Part shown: in pieces, positions 52,709 through 64,000 of the stretch
Numbering within the stretch: the stretch's first letter is position 1
How the letters are laid out: the number at the start of each line of letters is the position of its first letter
Assembly (NCBI RefSeq): GCF_006345805.1
Contig: NC_042998.1
Coordinates: forward strand, 51,956,001 to 52,020,000
Source: Octopus sinensis
Taxonomy: Eukaryota
Direction: 5' to 3'
Length of the DNA stretch: 64,000 nucleotides
Program-made: the position numbers and the translations under genes
The notes under the pieces: generated by a model
Seen by the model: only the letters and a program-made list of their open reading frames with translations
Databases searched by the model: none
Told to the model about the DNA's origin: nothing

Positions 52709-53095
52709 AATCATCATCACCATCATCATCATCATAATCATCTTCGTTGTTGTCATCATCACTGTCATCGTCATCACCCTCATCGTCATTATCATCATCA
52801 TTATCATCATCATCATCATCTTCATTGTTGTCATCATCATCATCTTTGTTGTCTTTGTCATCATCATCATCACATCATCATCATAATCATCTTTGTTGTT
52901 TTCATTATCATTGTCATCATCACCGTCATCATCATCATTATCATCACCATCATCATCATCTTCGTTGTTGTCATCATCACTGTCATCATCATTGCCATCA
53001 TCATCTTCATAATCATCTTTGTTGTTTTCGCTGTTGTTGGCATCATCACTGTCATTGTCATCGCCATCAGCATGATGATGATGATGATGATGATG

Positions 53096-53128
<33 letters not shown>

Positions 53129-53310
53129 TTTGCTGTCATTGTCATTGTCACTGTCATTGTCATCGCCATGATTATCATCATCATCATCATCACCACCACC
53201 ACTACCACCATCATCAGCATCATCATCATTGTCATCATCATCAACATCATCACCACCACTACCACCACCATCATAATCATGGTCTTCAGCATCCACCACC
53301 ATTATTCACT
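52430..53310. repeat. Complex (CAT)n-based trinucleotide tract
   Basis: Direct inspection; recurring atcatctttgttgt sub-motif. Confidence 0.95.
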
Positions 53311-53762
53311 TAACGTCCACATACCCATGCTTGCATGGGTTAGAACAGAATTTGTTGAGGCAGATTTCCTACAGCTGGCTGCCCCTTCCTGTCATTGACC
53401 TTCACCTGTTAAGTAAAATAATATTTCCCAATGGCCAGGTATGTTTTTTTACAGAAGATTTGAAACAAATAACTTGGCTTGTATGATGATGATGATGATG
53501 ATGAGGATGATGATGATGATGACTGTGTATGACTCATGTGATGTCTAAACTAGGGTACACAGACACACGCATGCACACACAAACACACACATATACATAC
53601 AACAGGATTCTTCCTGTTTCCATCCACCAAATCCACTGACAAGTCTTTAGTTGACCCAGGGCTATAGTAGAAGACACTTGTCCAAGGTGCCACTTAGTAG
53701 GACTCAACCCAAGACACCCCATGATTGGGAGGCAACCTCCTCAAACACACAGCATGTACCTC

Positions 53763-53802
<40 letters not shown>

Positions 53803-53805
<3 letters not shown>

Positions 53806-54180
53806 TCATCATCATCATCATCGTTTAACGTCCGCTTTCCATGCTAGTATGGGTTGGACGGTTCAACTGGGGTCTGGCAAGCCCGAAGGCTGCACCAGGC
53901 CAGTCAGATCTGGCAGTGTTTCTACAGCTGGATGCCCTTCCTAACGCCAACCACTCCGAGAGTGTAGTGGGTGATTTTATGTGCCACCGACACAGGTGAC
54001 AGACGAGGCTGGCAGACGGCCACGCTCGGATGGTGTTTTTTATGTGCCACCGACACAGGTGCCAGACGAGGCTGTCAGACGGCCACGCTCGGATGGTGTT
54101 TTCTTATGTGCCACCGACACAGGTGCCAGACGAGGCTGGCAGACGGCCACGCTCGGATGGTGTTTTCTTATGTGCCACCG
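53803..54180 (-). mobile_element. Family A RTE 3' UTR with near-identical ~61-bp units
   Basis: Repeated ccgacacaggtgccagacgaggctggcagacggccacgctcggatggtgtttt. Confidence 0.85.
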
Positions 54181-54870
54181 GTGTGTGTGTGTGTTAGGGC
54201 TGGTAGCAATTAATTTAATTTTGATAATCGACTTTTGAGGAATTAACGATTAATTAATAGTTAATTCTGATTAAAACACAAAAATGTCTGCGGTTGCATT
54301 TATTAACAAGTTTATGATATTTCAATTAAAACTCAGTTAAAAACAAGGTAGGCGTTTTCTAACTCAAATGTTGTTGGATAACCAGTTACGCAAACACACA
54401 AGCATGCTAACAATATTTGGTTCAAGTGATGAGCACATCTTGTTAACAATACAACCAGCAGAGCTAAATAATCATTCACATGGAACCAAGGTAGCTGGTA
54501 TGCACAACAGCCTTGGCAATAAATGCCAATTTCGTATATTGATATTCATTAAGTTTCCCCCATTGTAGTGAATCAACCGATTCAGCAACATTTCTCTCCC
54601 TTTTATATCACTGTACTTCATCTGAAGCATTTTCGATGACACCTCTTCTAAGTCTGAGTCAGACTCCATCAGCTTAATATGCTTTTCATGAGGTTTGCAT
54701 ATAGTTTTATTGACACTGTCAGTATCATCTTGTGCATTAGTCTTCAACTGGTCATCATTAACATCAACTGCTATTTGTTGTCCAATAAGTAACCCTGTTT
54801 GTTCTTTTGAATCGTCTACTAAACACTTCAAGTTTTAATATCATGGATCAAGTGCTGTTGCAATCTGTAA

Positions 54871-55774
54871 TCTATCTATATATATAAAACTGTAGTTGTG
54901 TGAGTGTCTGTCCCCTTCGATTTAGATTCCTAACTACTCCCACATTTTGCGATGCAGTTTAACCAAATTCGGGTATCTTATAGTCGTGATTCATATTGAG
55001 CCCGTCTGAGTATTAGCGCGCATCTACGATGAGTCTACGATTTTAAAAATAATTTAACATAATTTTTTATTCCATTTTAATGCATAATTTTTCGTGTGTC
55101 GATGGCGGCGGAGTTGGCGTCCATGGTCACACCTGCACCTGTTTGCTTCTCCCCCTTCTTCCCTCCCTCGTGAAGCTGTGGGGAAGGGAGTGTAAGGAAA
55201 TCAACGTCGTAAAGCGTTGTCAAGGAGACCAGCGTTCTTTTAGAACAACGACTTCATGGCTTGAAGACACCAAAGCAGAAATGGCTAAGAAAGCCCGAAT
55301 TGGCATCTATAAGGGAAGTAACTCTCTAAAAATGCTTATATAGTTATTTCCCTTACAAACCCGAGCAACGCCGGGCGATACTGCTAGTATATATATAAAG
55401 CTGAAGTTGTCTCTGTGTGGCAGGTTTGGTAGCCTTCATCTAATCCTATCTCCTCCGAGACCCTGTGGCATAAGTTGACCAAAATTGAGAGTATGATAGA
55501 AGAAGGCTTGCTCTTCATTCCGTAGATGATAAAATTCAAATCGGACCATGTTAACACCAAAAATTATTTACATCAAAAAGGTGCTTTTTTTCTATGAGAA
55601 TCTCTATTTTTTATGATTTTTTGACTGCTGTGTCGCCATTTTTTGGTGTATTTCAACCAAAAAAATGTTCACTTAAAGAGAATAACTAGCTACATGATGT
55701 AAAATTTTTACTTTTCAAAAATTCCAATTCTAAAGGGTCGAACAAACTAGAGCAACGCCGGGTGATACTGCTAG
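54871..55774 (+). mobile_element. Non-autonomous Helitron H2 (hosts H1 at its 5' tip)
   Basis: TCTA (54871-54874) + TATATATATAAAGCTG (55388 onward)...GAGCAACGCCGGGTGATACTGCTAG|T. Its 3' ~330 bp are shared with 24464-24800. Confidence 0.82.
54875..55387 (+). mobile_element. Non-autonomous Helitron H1
   Basis: TCTATATATATAAAACTG...CCCGAGCAACGCCGGGCGATACTGCTAG|T. Confidence 0.85.
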
Positions 55775-56916
55775 TATTTCAATATTTTTCATGTCAGCTA
55801 CATGTTTGCTGAAATCATTAACAGATGCTGCCTTGAATCTGGCTATATAACCTGGATCATCATCATTTACAGTCATGTGCTTTGTCAAAGACAATAACAG
55901 TGGCAATATACAATTACATGACATGTATTTTTCACCGCCAAGCAGTACCGTAGTTTAAAATGTTGATGTATTTTGAAATCATTACCCAATCAGAATTGAA
56001 TAGTTTTGGACCTTTATATTGCTTCTCTTTGTCTGACATGGAGATGGTTATTGCTTCTCTGGCCTACAGCAGACTCTGCAGCATTAGGAAAGTACTGTTC
56101 CATCTTGTTGGAACAGCTTGCTATAGCTTACACAATGGTGAATCACTACAATGCTGCAATTCAATTGTGTGGATAGGGCTATTTTTAAAATGTCCTATGA
56201 TTTTTCGACATTCAACAAACAATGTTTCTGTATTTGCAGCTTTAAATCCATGCAATATGCTCAGCTGCAGGCTATGACCAAACATGAAATATGAGCAAAA
56301 CCAGTTTGATTAAAAGCTGAAGCCAAATTTCGTGCATTGTCTGTTAATAGAACCTGAATCTTCTTTGTTATATCCCAGTCTTTTACAAATTGTTTATATA
56401 ACTCAGCAACATTGTTAGAACAATGACATTCAACAACATGCACACCTTCAAGAATAACACTTATTAAATTCCAGTCATCAGCAATCGAATGGCCGGTGAT
56501 TCAGCAATAACTTGCATTACCTAGGAATGTCCAAAAATCAGATGCTAGTGCAATTGCCTTTGAATTTTCCACTGCTTCTTTAACACTGTCTCTTTTGCTG
56601 TTATAAATATCCGGCAACATTTTATCAATAGTGCACCAGCAAGGTAATTTCTATTCGGTATTTTGAAGTGCTGTGTGCAATACTTGCTGAAGGCCATCAT
56701 CTTCTACTATTGATATTGGTCAAATGAGTGCTCAACACTGAAAATGAGTACTCAACACTGCATAAGTAGATATCACTTCTTTATTTGTGGATTAAGGCTA
56801 CCATTGGTATCATGCTAAGAAAAGTAGGAAAATATCCTAGTGTCTTAATAATTTTTCAATCCAATCACATGGAAAAAGGTGTTCGCTTCCATTTCGAAAA
56901 CACAGCCTATACATAA

Positions 56917-56976
<60 letters not shown>

Positions 56977-56977
56977 G

Positions 56978-57266
56978 CAGTGGTGGGCTGGGTCTAAAAA
57001 TATTGGTTGCCGGGAGACTAAGGGGGCCCAACCGCAACTACATTGTTATCATTTAATTTGTTTTTATTAAAAGTATTCTTTACAACTGTCTACAAACACA
57101 GCTAGGTTGAAATAATTAATGCATTCTTCCAGGAATGAATAAAAAATTCTCAAACTTGAGGGGATGGGCCCCATAAATACTAACATGAGCCCCCATATAT
57201 GGATTCTATTGGCGCAGGAGCTCACTTGCTATTGGGCAAGCGGGCAACCTGGCCAGTCTGCCACTG
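56978..57266. mobile_element. hAT-type MITE, 289 bp
   Basis: Imperfect TIRs CAGTGGTGGGCTGG / CCAGTCTGCCACTG. Possible decayed 8-bp TSD tatatacg/tatatgca. Confidence 0.65.
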
Positions 57267-57576
57267 TATATGCATATACATATTGGTATGCATATGTGTA
57301 TCTATTTATCTCTCTTTCTATCCATCTATCTATCATATCTATATGTGAGTTTGGAGGAATATATTAATGTGTAGGTTATCATAATATGTATAAAATTCTA
57401 AAATAAATTCTGTGGTTGAACTAATCTCCATACTCTTGTATGTATGTATGTATGTATGTATGTATGTATGTATGTATGTATGTATGTATGTATGTATGTA
57501 TGTAGTATGTATGTATGTATGCATACATGTATGTATATATGTATATATATATGTATGTATGTGTGTGTGTGTATAT

Positions 57577-57612
<36 letters not shown>

Positions 57613-58096
57613 CATACATACATAATATATATATATATAATATTTAGAATTATGCTAATTTTTCAAACCTATTTGTGTACAACAATGCACATTTACTTTG
57701 CAATTCTCACAACTCTTCTCGCTGTCACTCAACATATGAGAATGGGATCTATTGTCATTGAAGCAAAAAAGAAGCTATGCTTTGGGTGTGTATGATGCAG
57801 TTTATTAAATGAAATTATGCAAGCAAATATTGAGATGAATGGCTTGCTTATCGTCCTGTCACTACTGTAATACAAACAGATAGAGTGAACATGTGCGTAA
57901 TAGAACCAAATGTGCATTAACCCTTGTAAGACAATTGATCAAATCTGTTGGCTTGTCTTTTACCAGTGTGTGCATGTGTGTTTGTGTGCAAGAAACAAGA
58001 AAGAGCCCATCATTTTCATCTATAATAATAAATACAAACTTCTGTCAGTCCATCCATCAATCCAGGACCCCTGTATCTCACTTTACATTTGCACTA

Positions 58097-58410
58097 CATC
58101 ATCATCATCGTTTAACGTCCGCTTTCCATGCTAGCATTGGTTGGACGATTTGACTGAGGGCTGGTGAACCAGATGGCTGCACCAGGCTTCAATCTTGATC
58201 TGGCAGATTTTTTTACAGCTGGATGTCCTTCCTAACGCCAACCACTCCGAGAGTGTAGTGGGTGCTTTTACGTGCCACCTGCACAGTGGCCAGTCAGGCG
58301 GTATTGGCAATGCCCTCGCTCGAATCTTTTACACATGCCACCAGCACAGGTGCCAGTAAGGCGATGCTGGTAACAATCACGCTCGAATGGTGTCTTTTAT
58401 GTGCCACTGG
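58097..58410 (-). mobile_element. Family A RTE 3' UTR (further copies about 46790-47110, 59447-59620, 59795-60005 on +, 61630-61950)
   Basis: Same body and (ATG)n tail. Confidence 0.75.
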
Positions 58411-59195
58411 CATGGAGGCCATCCATCCATCCATCCATCCATCCATCCATCCAGAACCCCTGTATCTCACTCTACATCATCATAGACATATTATATCTTC
58501 TATGCAATCAGGATGATCCCAGGATTGAAAACCTGCCCTTCATTTGGTTCTTGAACATCTAGCATTGGGGTCAGGTCTGGATGAGGATTTGTTATAAGAA
58601 GCTAACAGTTAAAAATTAAAAATTTTAAGGAGCTCCAGAAATTTGTGAACTTACAAGTTTTTCATTTAAACTGAATTTAAAGTAATGTCATATTGGTAGG
58701 GTACCGACAAATGCTTTGTTATTATTGCTCTCCTTAGTTTGGGGCCACAGGCTCAATTAGTCCATTGCAGGAACTAATGTAAAAGTCTGCATGGAGTGTG
58801 GATTTTAAGTTATCGAATGTATAAGAATAGCTTTTCGTCAGTTATTTATTTAACTATTTATTTATTTTGATACCTTCAACTTTATCAGGTCAGAAAGTGA
58901 TGGGGGACTGACATTGTCCCTTCTATAGCAGAAAATATGGTATTGTTTTATTCTTTTTTCTTTTATTCCTTTACTTGTTTCAGTCATTAGACTGCGGCCA
59001 TACTGGAGTACGACCTCGAAGGGTTTTAGTCAAACAATTCAACCCCAGGACTTATTTTCGTTAAACCTTATACTTATTCTATCGGTCTCTTCTGTTGAAC
59101 CACTAAGTTAAAGGGATGTAACACCAGTTGTCAAGAAGTGATGGGTGGGGTGGGGGAACAAACACAGACATATACACACATAGATGTATATATAT

Positions 59196-59242
<47 letters not shown>

Positions 59243-61215
59243 CAAAATGGGACCAGAATGAAAGCATCCAGATAGTTAGGTGATACAAAAAAGGGGACAA
59301 CAAAACATTCAGATAGACAATATGAGGAAACAAGGATGGGTCATTCGAAGTTTTCTTTCCTCACTTGAGTTCCAGATTTTCATTGCAATTTCAGCTGGTT
59401 TTACTCAAGATTGCTCCAATCTGGCCAGCCCTTGTATATATATATATCATCATTTAACGCCTGTTTTCCATCCTAGCAGGGGTTGGATGGTTTGACCAGG
59501 GTCTGGGAAGTCAGGAGGCTGCACCAGGCTCCAGTCTGATCTGGCAGTGTTTCTACGGCTGGATGCCCTTCCTAACGCCAACCACTCTGTGAGTGTAGTG
59601 GGTGTATTTTTACGTGCCACTAGGGCTTTTTGCAGTTTCAATCTGCCAAATTCAATCACAAGACTGGTCAGTCCGAGGCTATAGTAGAAAACATTTTCCC
59701 AAGTGCCATACAGTGGGACTGGATCCAGAACCATGTAGTTGAAAAGCAAGCTTCCTACCACACAACTACACCTATATTGAACTTATTACGTAAAACTCAC
59801 CCAGCACACTCTGTAAAGTGGTTGGCATTAGGAATGGCATCCAGCTGTAGAAACCAAAGCAAAACAGACAAATGGAGCCTGGTGCAGCCCCTGTCCTTGC
59901 CAGCTCCTGTGAAGTGGTCCAACCCATGCCAGCATGTAAAACAGATGCTAAATAATGACAATGCTTATGAAGATAATCATGATGATGGTGATGATGATGA
60001 TGATGATTTCAGTATTTAAAGGTAGCAAACTGGCATAAGCTTTAGCAAGTCAGACAAGATGCTTAGCTGCATTTCTCGAGGCTCTTTGCATTCTGAGTAT
60101 CAATTCCACCAAGGTCAACTTTGCCTTTCATCCTTTTGAAGGTTGATAAAATAAGTAGCAGTCAAGTATTAGTATCGATGTGATTGACTTGCCCCCTCCC
60201 CTCAAAATGACTGGTCTTGTATCAAAGTTTAAAATAATTATTTGAGTACTTACATACTGAATGATGGTTGAGAGAAAGAAATGTAAAGAAAAAGAAATTT
60301 ATTCCATAAATTGCTATTAAAAATCAGTTTAAAAACAGGACAGTCAATTTGACTATTGCATCCAGAAACTTTAATATCTTTGAAGATAGTAATAGGCAAG
60401 TGGTTGGCTGCCATGGCAAAGAAGTGCTGGAAAGTAGAAAGAGAATGTTGGTGATGGTGGTGGGGGTTAGTGATGCAAATAATATGGTGATTTAGCTTTT
60501 CAGAAAGTAATGATCCAATTAGCGGACCTATCATTCCAGTATGTAATAAACCAGAATAAGTTACCAGAGGAAATGATTGTGATGTAGATATATTAAAGAA
60601 ACAAAATGAAAGCAAAATAAAATACACCAATAAATATAGGAACCATGTCAAGAGGAATAAATATACTTTAAGCTATCTCAGCTGACAGTTCATGATGAGG
60701 AAGAATATAACAATTATCCTTGAATGGTATAATATATTTACTTGAATCTGGATAGAAGTAAACGTCACGCTTGAGTGGATAAGCTTTCATATTCTTAGCT
60801 CATGAGTTCCCAGCAGGTGCCTTTGTTTCCTATTAATTCTAAATGTATCAAATACCTAACTGACTGAACCAAACATGTTTAAAGTTTGTCTTTTTCAATC
60901 TGAATGATTCCCAGCAAAAACACTTTTACATTTAGATAACTTCTCTCCAACAATAATTTATTACTTTAATCGGCAGATGAAAATCTATTATGCAGATTAA
61001 TTTGTTATGCATATAAGCTGATAACATTCATTAATCAATGGTTATTTATTATTAAACATGATTTAAATGACTTTCGGATGAATGTTACAGTATAAAGTCT
61101 TTTCTTTTTTCCCCCCTCCTTAAATTTTTGAAATAGGCTGGCTACTAATGTAAAAAAAAAAAAACCCAGAGCTCTATCTTAGGGATTTAGATGTCTTTAT
61201 AAATTTGATATATAA

Positions 61216-61618
61216 GTGCAGGAGTGGCTGTGTGGTAAGTAGCTTCCTTACCAACCACATGGTTCTGGGTTCAGTCCCACTGCATGGCACCTTGGGCAAG
61301 TGTCTTTTACTATAGCCTTGGGCCGACCAAAGCCTTGTGAGTGGATTTGGTAGGCGGAAACTGAAAAAAGCCCGTTGTATATATGTATATTCATATATAT
61401 GTGTGTGTCTGTGTTTGTCCCCCCTCACCCCCAACATTGCTTGACAACCAATGCTGGTGTGTATACGTCCCCGTAACTTAGCAGTTCGGCAAAAGAAACC
61501 GAGAGAATAAGTACTAGGCTTACAAAGAATAAGTCCTTGGGGCAATTTTCTCGACTAAAGGTGGTGCTCCAGCATGGCTGCAGTCAAATGACTGAAACAA
61601 GTAAAAGAGTAAAAGAGT
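61216..61618 (+). mobile_element. SINE C, reference full-length copy
   Basis: tggctgtgtggtaag (A box), ggttcagtcccac (B box), CORE-like accttgggcaagtgtctt, central (TA/TG)n, and tail gtaaaagagtaaaagag. Confidence 0.9.
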
Positions 61619-62069
61619 ATAGGTATGCATCACCACCACCATCATCATTTAACATCTGCTCTCCATGCTGGCATGGGCTGGATAGTTCGACAGCAGCTGC
61701 CTAGACAGAAGACTGCATCAGGTTTCAATATCTGTTTTGGCTGGATGCTCTTCCTATCACCAACCATCATGCAGAATGGACTGAGTGCTTTTCATGTGGC
61801 ACCAACACAGGCGTGGTCAGTTTTGGCATGGTTTTTTTTTCACAGATGGATGCCCTTCCAAATGGCAACCACTTTACAGCATGGGCTGGATGCTTTTTAC
61901 ATGGCACCAGCACTAGCAGGGTCACCAAGTAACTTGCAAGACAAAGATCCTTTGAGAAGGGAGAGATCACTGGAGGAGGTGATCTCGTGTCAGATGATGA
62001 AATGTTAGAGTGTGACAGAGAGACAGAAATGGGTGTCTTGTTGTTGACGGGATACATGGTTACCCAGTC

Positions 62070-62122
<53 letters not shown>

Positions 62123-62307
62123 CATGTGTGCACATGCATTTATGAGTGTTTACCTGGCTTTCTTTTCAAACTTCTCACTAATGAAGTAAGAGCCTAGAAA
62201 CTCAAGACTTTCACTGGAGTTTAGACAAGAGAGTCTTGTTTGTTGTATGTATGTATGTATGTATGTATGTATGTATGTATGTATGTATGTATGTATGTAT
62301 GTATCTG

Positions 62308-62376
<69 letters not shown>

Positions 62377-62384
62377 TTGTCTGT

Positions 62385-63638
62385 TTTTAATTATTTAATT
62401 TCTACTTCTGGAGAAGGAGTTGGTTTCTAACAAAGATACAAAGCTCCATTGTTGGAATGTAGATAACAAAAAAAACAATACCACATTTTAAACCTGAGAA
62501 AAGTCTTGCATATCGTTACTGTTCCCCTTACAGATTGTATTTGTAATACATGAGTCAGTTGGTTGATTGCTTTTTCTGAAAAATCCAATCCAAACTTATT
62601 GAGACTGGCATTTAAGCATTCACTCACAAAACCAAGTGCACCAATTATCATTGATATAAATGTGAATTTGTAATCTGGATATAGATGCTGGAGGTTTCAA
62701 GGCAGCTGTCTATAGTTATCTTCTTTCTCTCCAAAGAGATATTCACATCAGCAGGACAGCTGACCTCTGTGATAGTGCATACTTTTTCTTGTCTGTCCCA
62801 AACAATAATATCTGGCCTGGTATACCTACATTTGACAGATGTCAAGTGTAGGCATACCAGGGAATGGATTTCTTGTGTTGATATTTGTGTACATATTCAG
62901 TAAGAGAGGGATTCTTTACATTTATCTTTTGCTGAATTGCTAGGTTTCAGAGACATAAACACAGCAACATCGGTTGTCAGGTGGTGGTGGTGGAGAGGAC
63001 AAACAAAGACACATGCATACCCACATATTAATGGCCTTCATCTGGTTTCTGTCTACCAAATCCACTCACAAGGCTTTGGTTAACTTTAGGCTGAAGGAGA
63101 ACACACTTGCCCAATGTGCCACACAGCAAGACTGAACCTGGAACCATATGATAGGGAAGTAATTTTCCTACCAACAGTTAGAGCTTTTTCAGTTTCCATC
63201 TACCAAATCTACACATAAGGCTTTAATTGGCCTGAGGCTATAGTAGAAGATGCTTGCCTAAGCTGCCACACCGTGGACCTGAACACAGAACCATGTGGTT
63301 GGGAAACAAATTTCTTATCACACAATCATGTGGTTGTGTATGAATGTATGAATGTGGTGTTTATGAATGTATTCCATAACAGTGAGATTTTCTAAATTTA
63401 TTTCACAACAGTCTCTTTTACGTTGTTTTAGCAACTACATCGTGCCATATAGGGAGGTAGTACCATTAAGGACATTTTAGGACAGCTGCTAATCACATGC
63501 ATGATGTCTTCCACAGAAACATGACATAGCCTACACATGTGGTTGCACTTTGGGATTACAAGAGTGTCACTCTCTCTTGTTCACGAAGTACTTCGTGGTA
63601 ATCTCCTGTTCCTGGATTGCAAATACATAGCCCTCATG
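62385..63638 (-). pseudogene. Fragmented REL non-LTR retrotransposon 3' part
   Basis: EGYVFAIQEQEITTKY..CRLCHVSVEDIMHVISSC..HDVVAK, then SINE C insertions, then RPDIIVWD..EVSCPAD and IIGALG..GTVTICKTFLRF. Confidence 0.75.
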
Positions 63639-63827
63639 TATGTATGTATGTATGTATGTATGTATGTATGTATGTATGCATGCATGCATGCATGTATGTA
63701 TGTATGTATGTAAGTATGTATTTATGTATGTATGTATGCATGTATGTATGTATGTATGTATGTATGTATGTATGTATGTATGTATGTATGTATGTATGTA
63801 TGTATCGATCAATCAATCAATCTATCT

Positions 63828-64000
63828 CATCATCATCATTGTTCGACCGTGGTTGAGACAATGGAATTTACCATGCTACGCCAGACTTCACGGTCCATCA
63901 TGGCATTACAGAGGTCCTGTTGCTGGATGCCTGTATCCCTGGAGATTACATCAGGGTAGGAGAGTGTGCACCCTCTGGTATTGCAAGTAGATGGCTTCCA
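63828..64000 (-). mobile_element. RTE LINE 3' end, runs off the window
   Basis: WKPS..YPDVISRDTG..MMDREVWRSMV..*, then an (ATG)n tail. Confidence 0.75.

Larger units (their letters stand above)
54195..56910 (-). pseudogene. Decayed hAT transposon/transposase (ZBED1/4-like), interrupted by Helitrons
   Basis: RPISIVEDDGL..ALASDFWT (about 56530-56720), LLTDNARN..HISC (56261-56443), ILQIATALDP*Y*NLKCL across the Helitron site, and LCIPATLVPCE*LFSSAG (dimerisation domain). TAGGGCTG terminus at 54195; the other end is uncertain. Confidence 0.85.

Noticed and set aside
52430-53302. 290-aa Asp/Met-rich ORF resembling acidic biomineral proteins
   Set aside because: It switches from poly-D to poly-M frames midway and overlapping frames are equally open. 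Similar tracts occur at 26.3 and 28.6 kb. It is a trinucleotide repeat, not supportable as a gene.
56895-56910. CAGCCTA as the second hAT terminus
   Set aside because: Imperfect match to CAGCCCTA and no 8-bp TSD with the 54195 end, so it is used only as a tentative boundary.
60250-60651. 133-aa minus-strand ORF with a good internal polypyrimidine acceptor
   Set aside because: No recognisable domain or convincing donor in any frame, so it cannot be supported without expression data.

Overview
AT-rich, microsatellite-dense eukaryotic DNA, almost entirely repeats. The SINE/LINE families and style suggest an octopus-type cephalopod (inference, not searched). I can support no host gene, only one weak candidate exon (31472-31620). 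Contents: two Penelope-like elements (PLEs) of different lineages; a same-strand stack of R4/Dong-type REL retrotransposons inserted in (TAA)n (14.5-22.5 kb and 27 kb); many 5'-truncated RTE LINE ends; three tRNA-derived SINE families; an unassigned ~545-bp repeat; Helitrons; a decayed hAT transposase, a hAT MITE and a mariner fragment. The most interesting signal is a recurring architecture of inverted-repeat (fold-back) units whose arms carry outward-facing minimal type-I hammerhead-ribozyme motifs. They occur at 4735-7258, 7373-7873 (with a T-shaped flip/flop centre) and 49959-50488, at three apparent ages and from three unrelated sequence families. Further solo hammerhead-like motifs are scattered through the window. 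All alignments, folds and mismatch counts were done by eye; no search or folding program was run.
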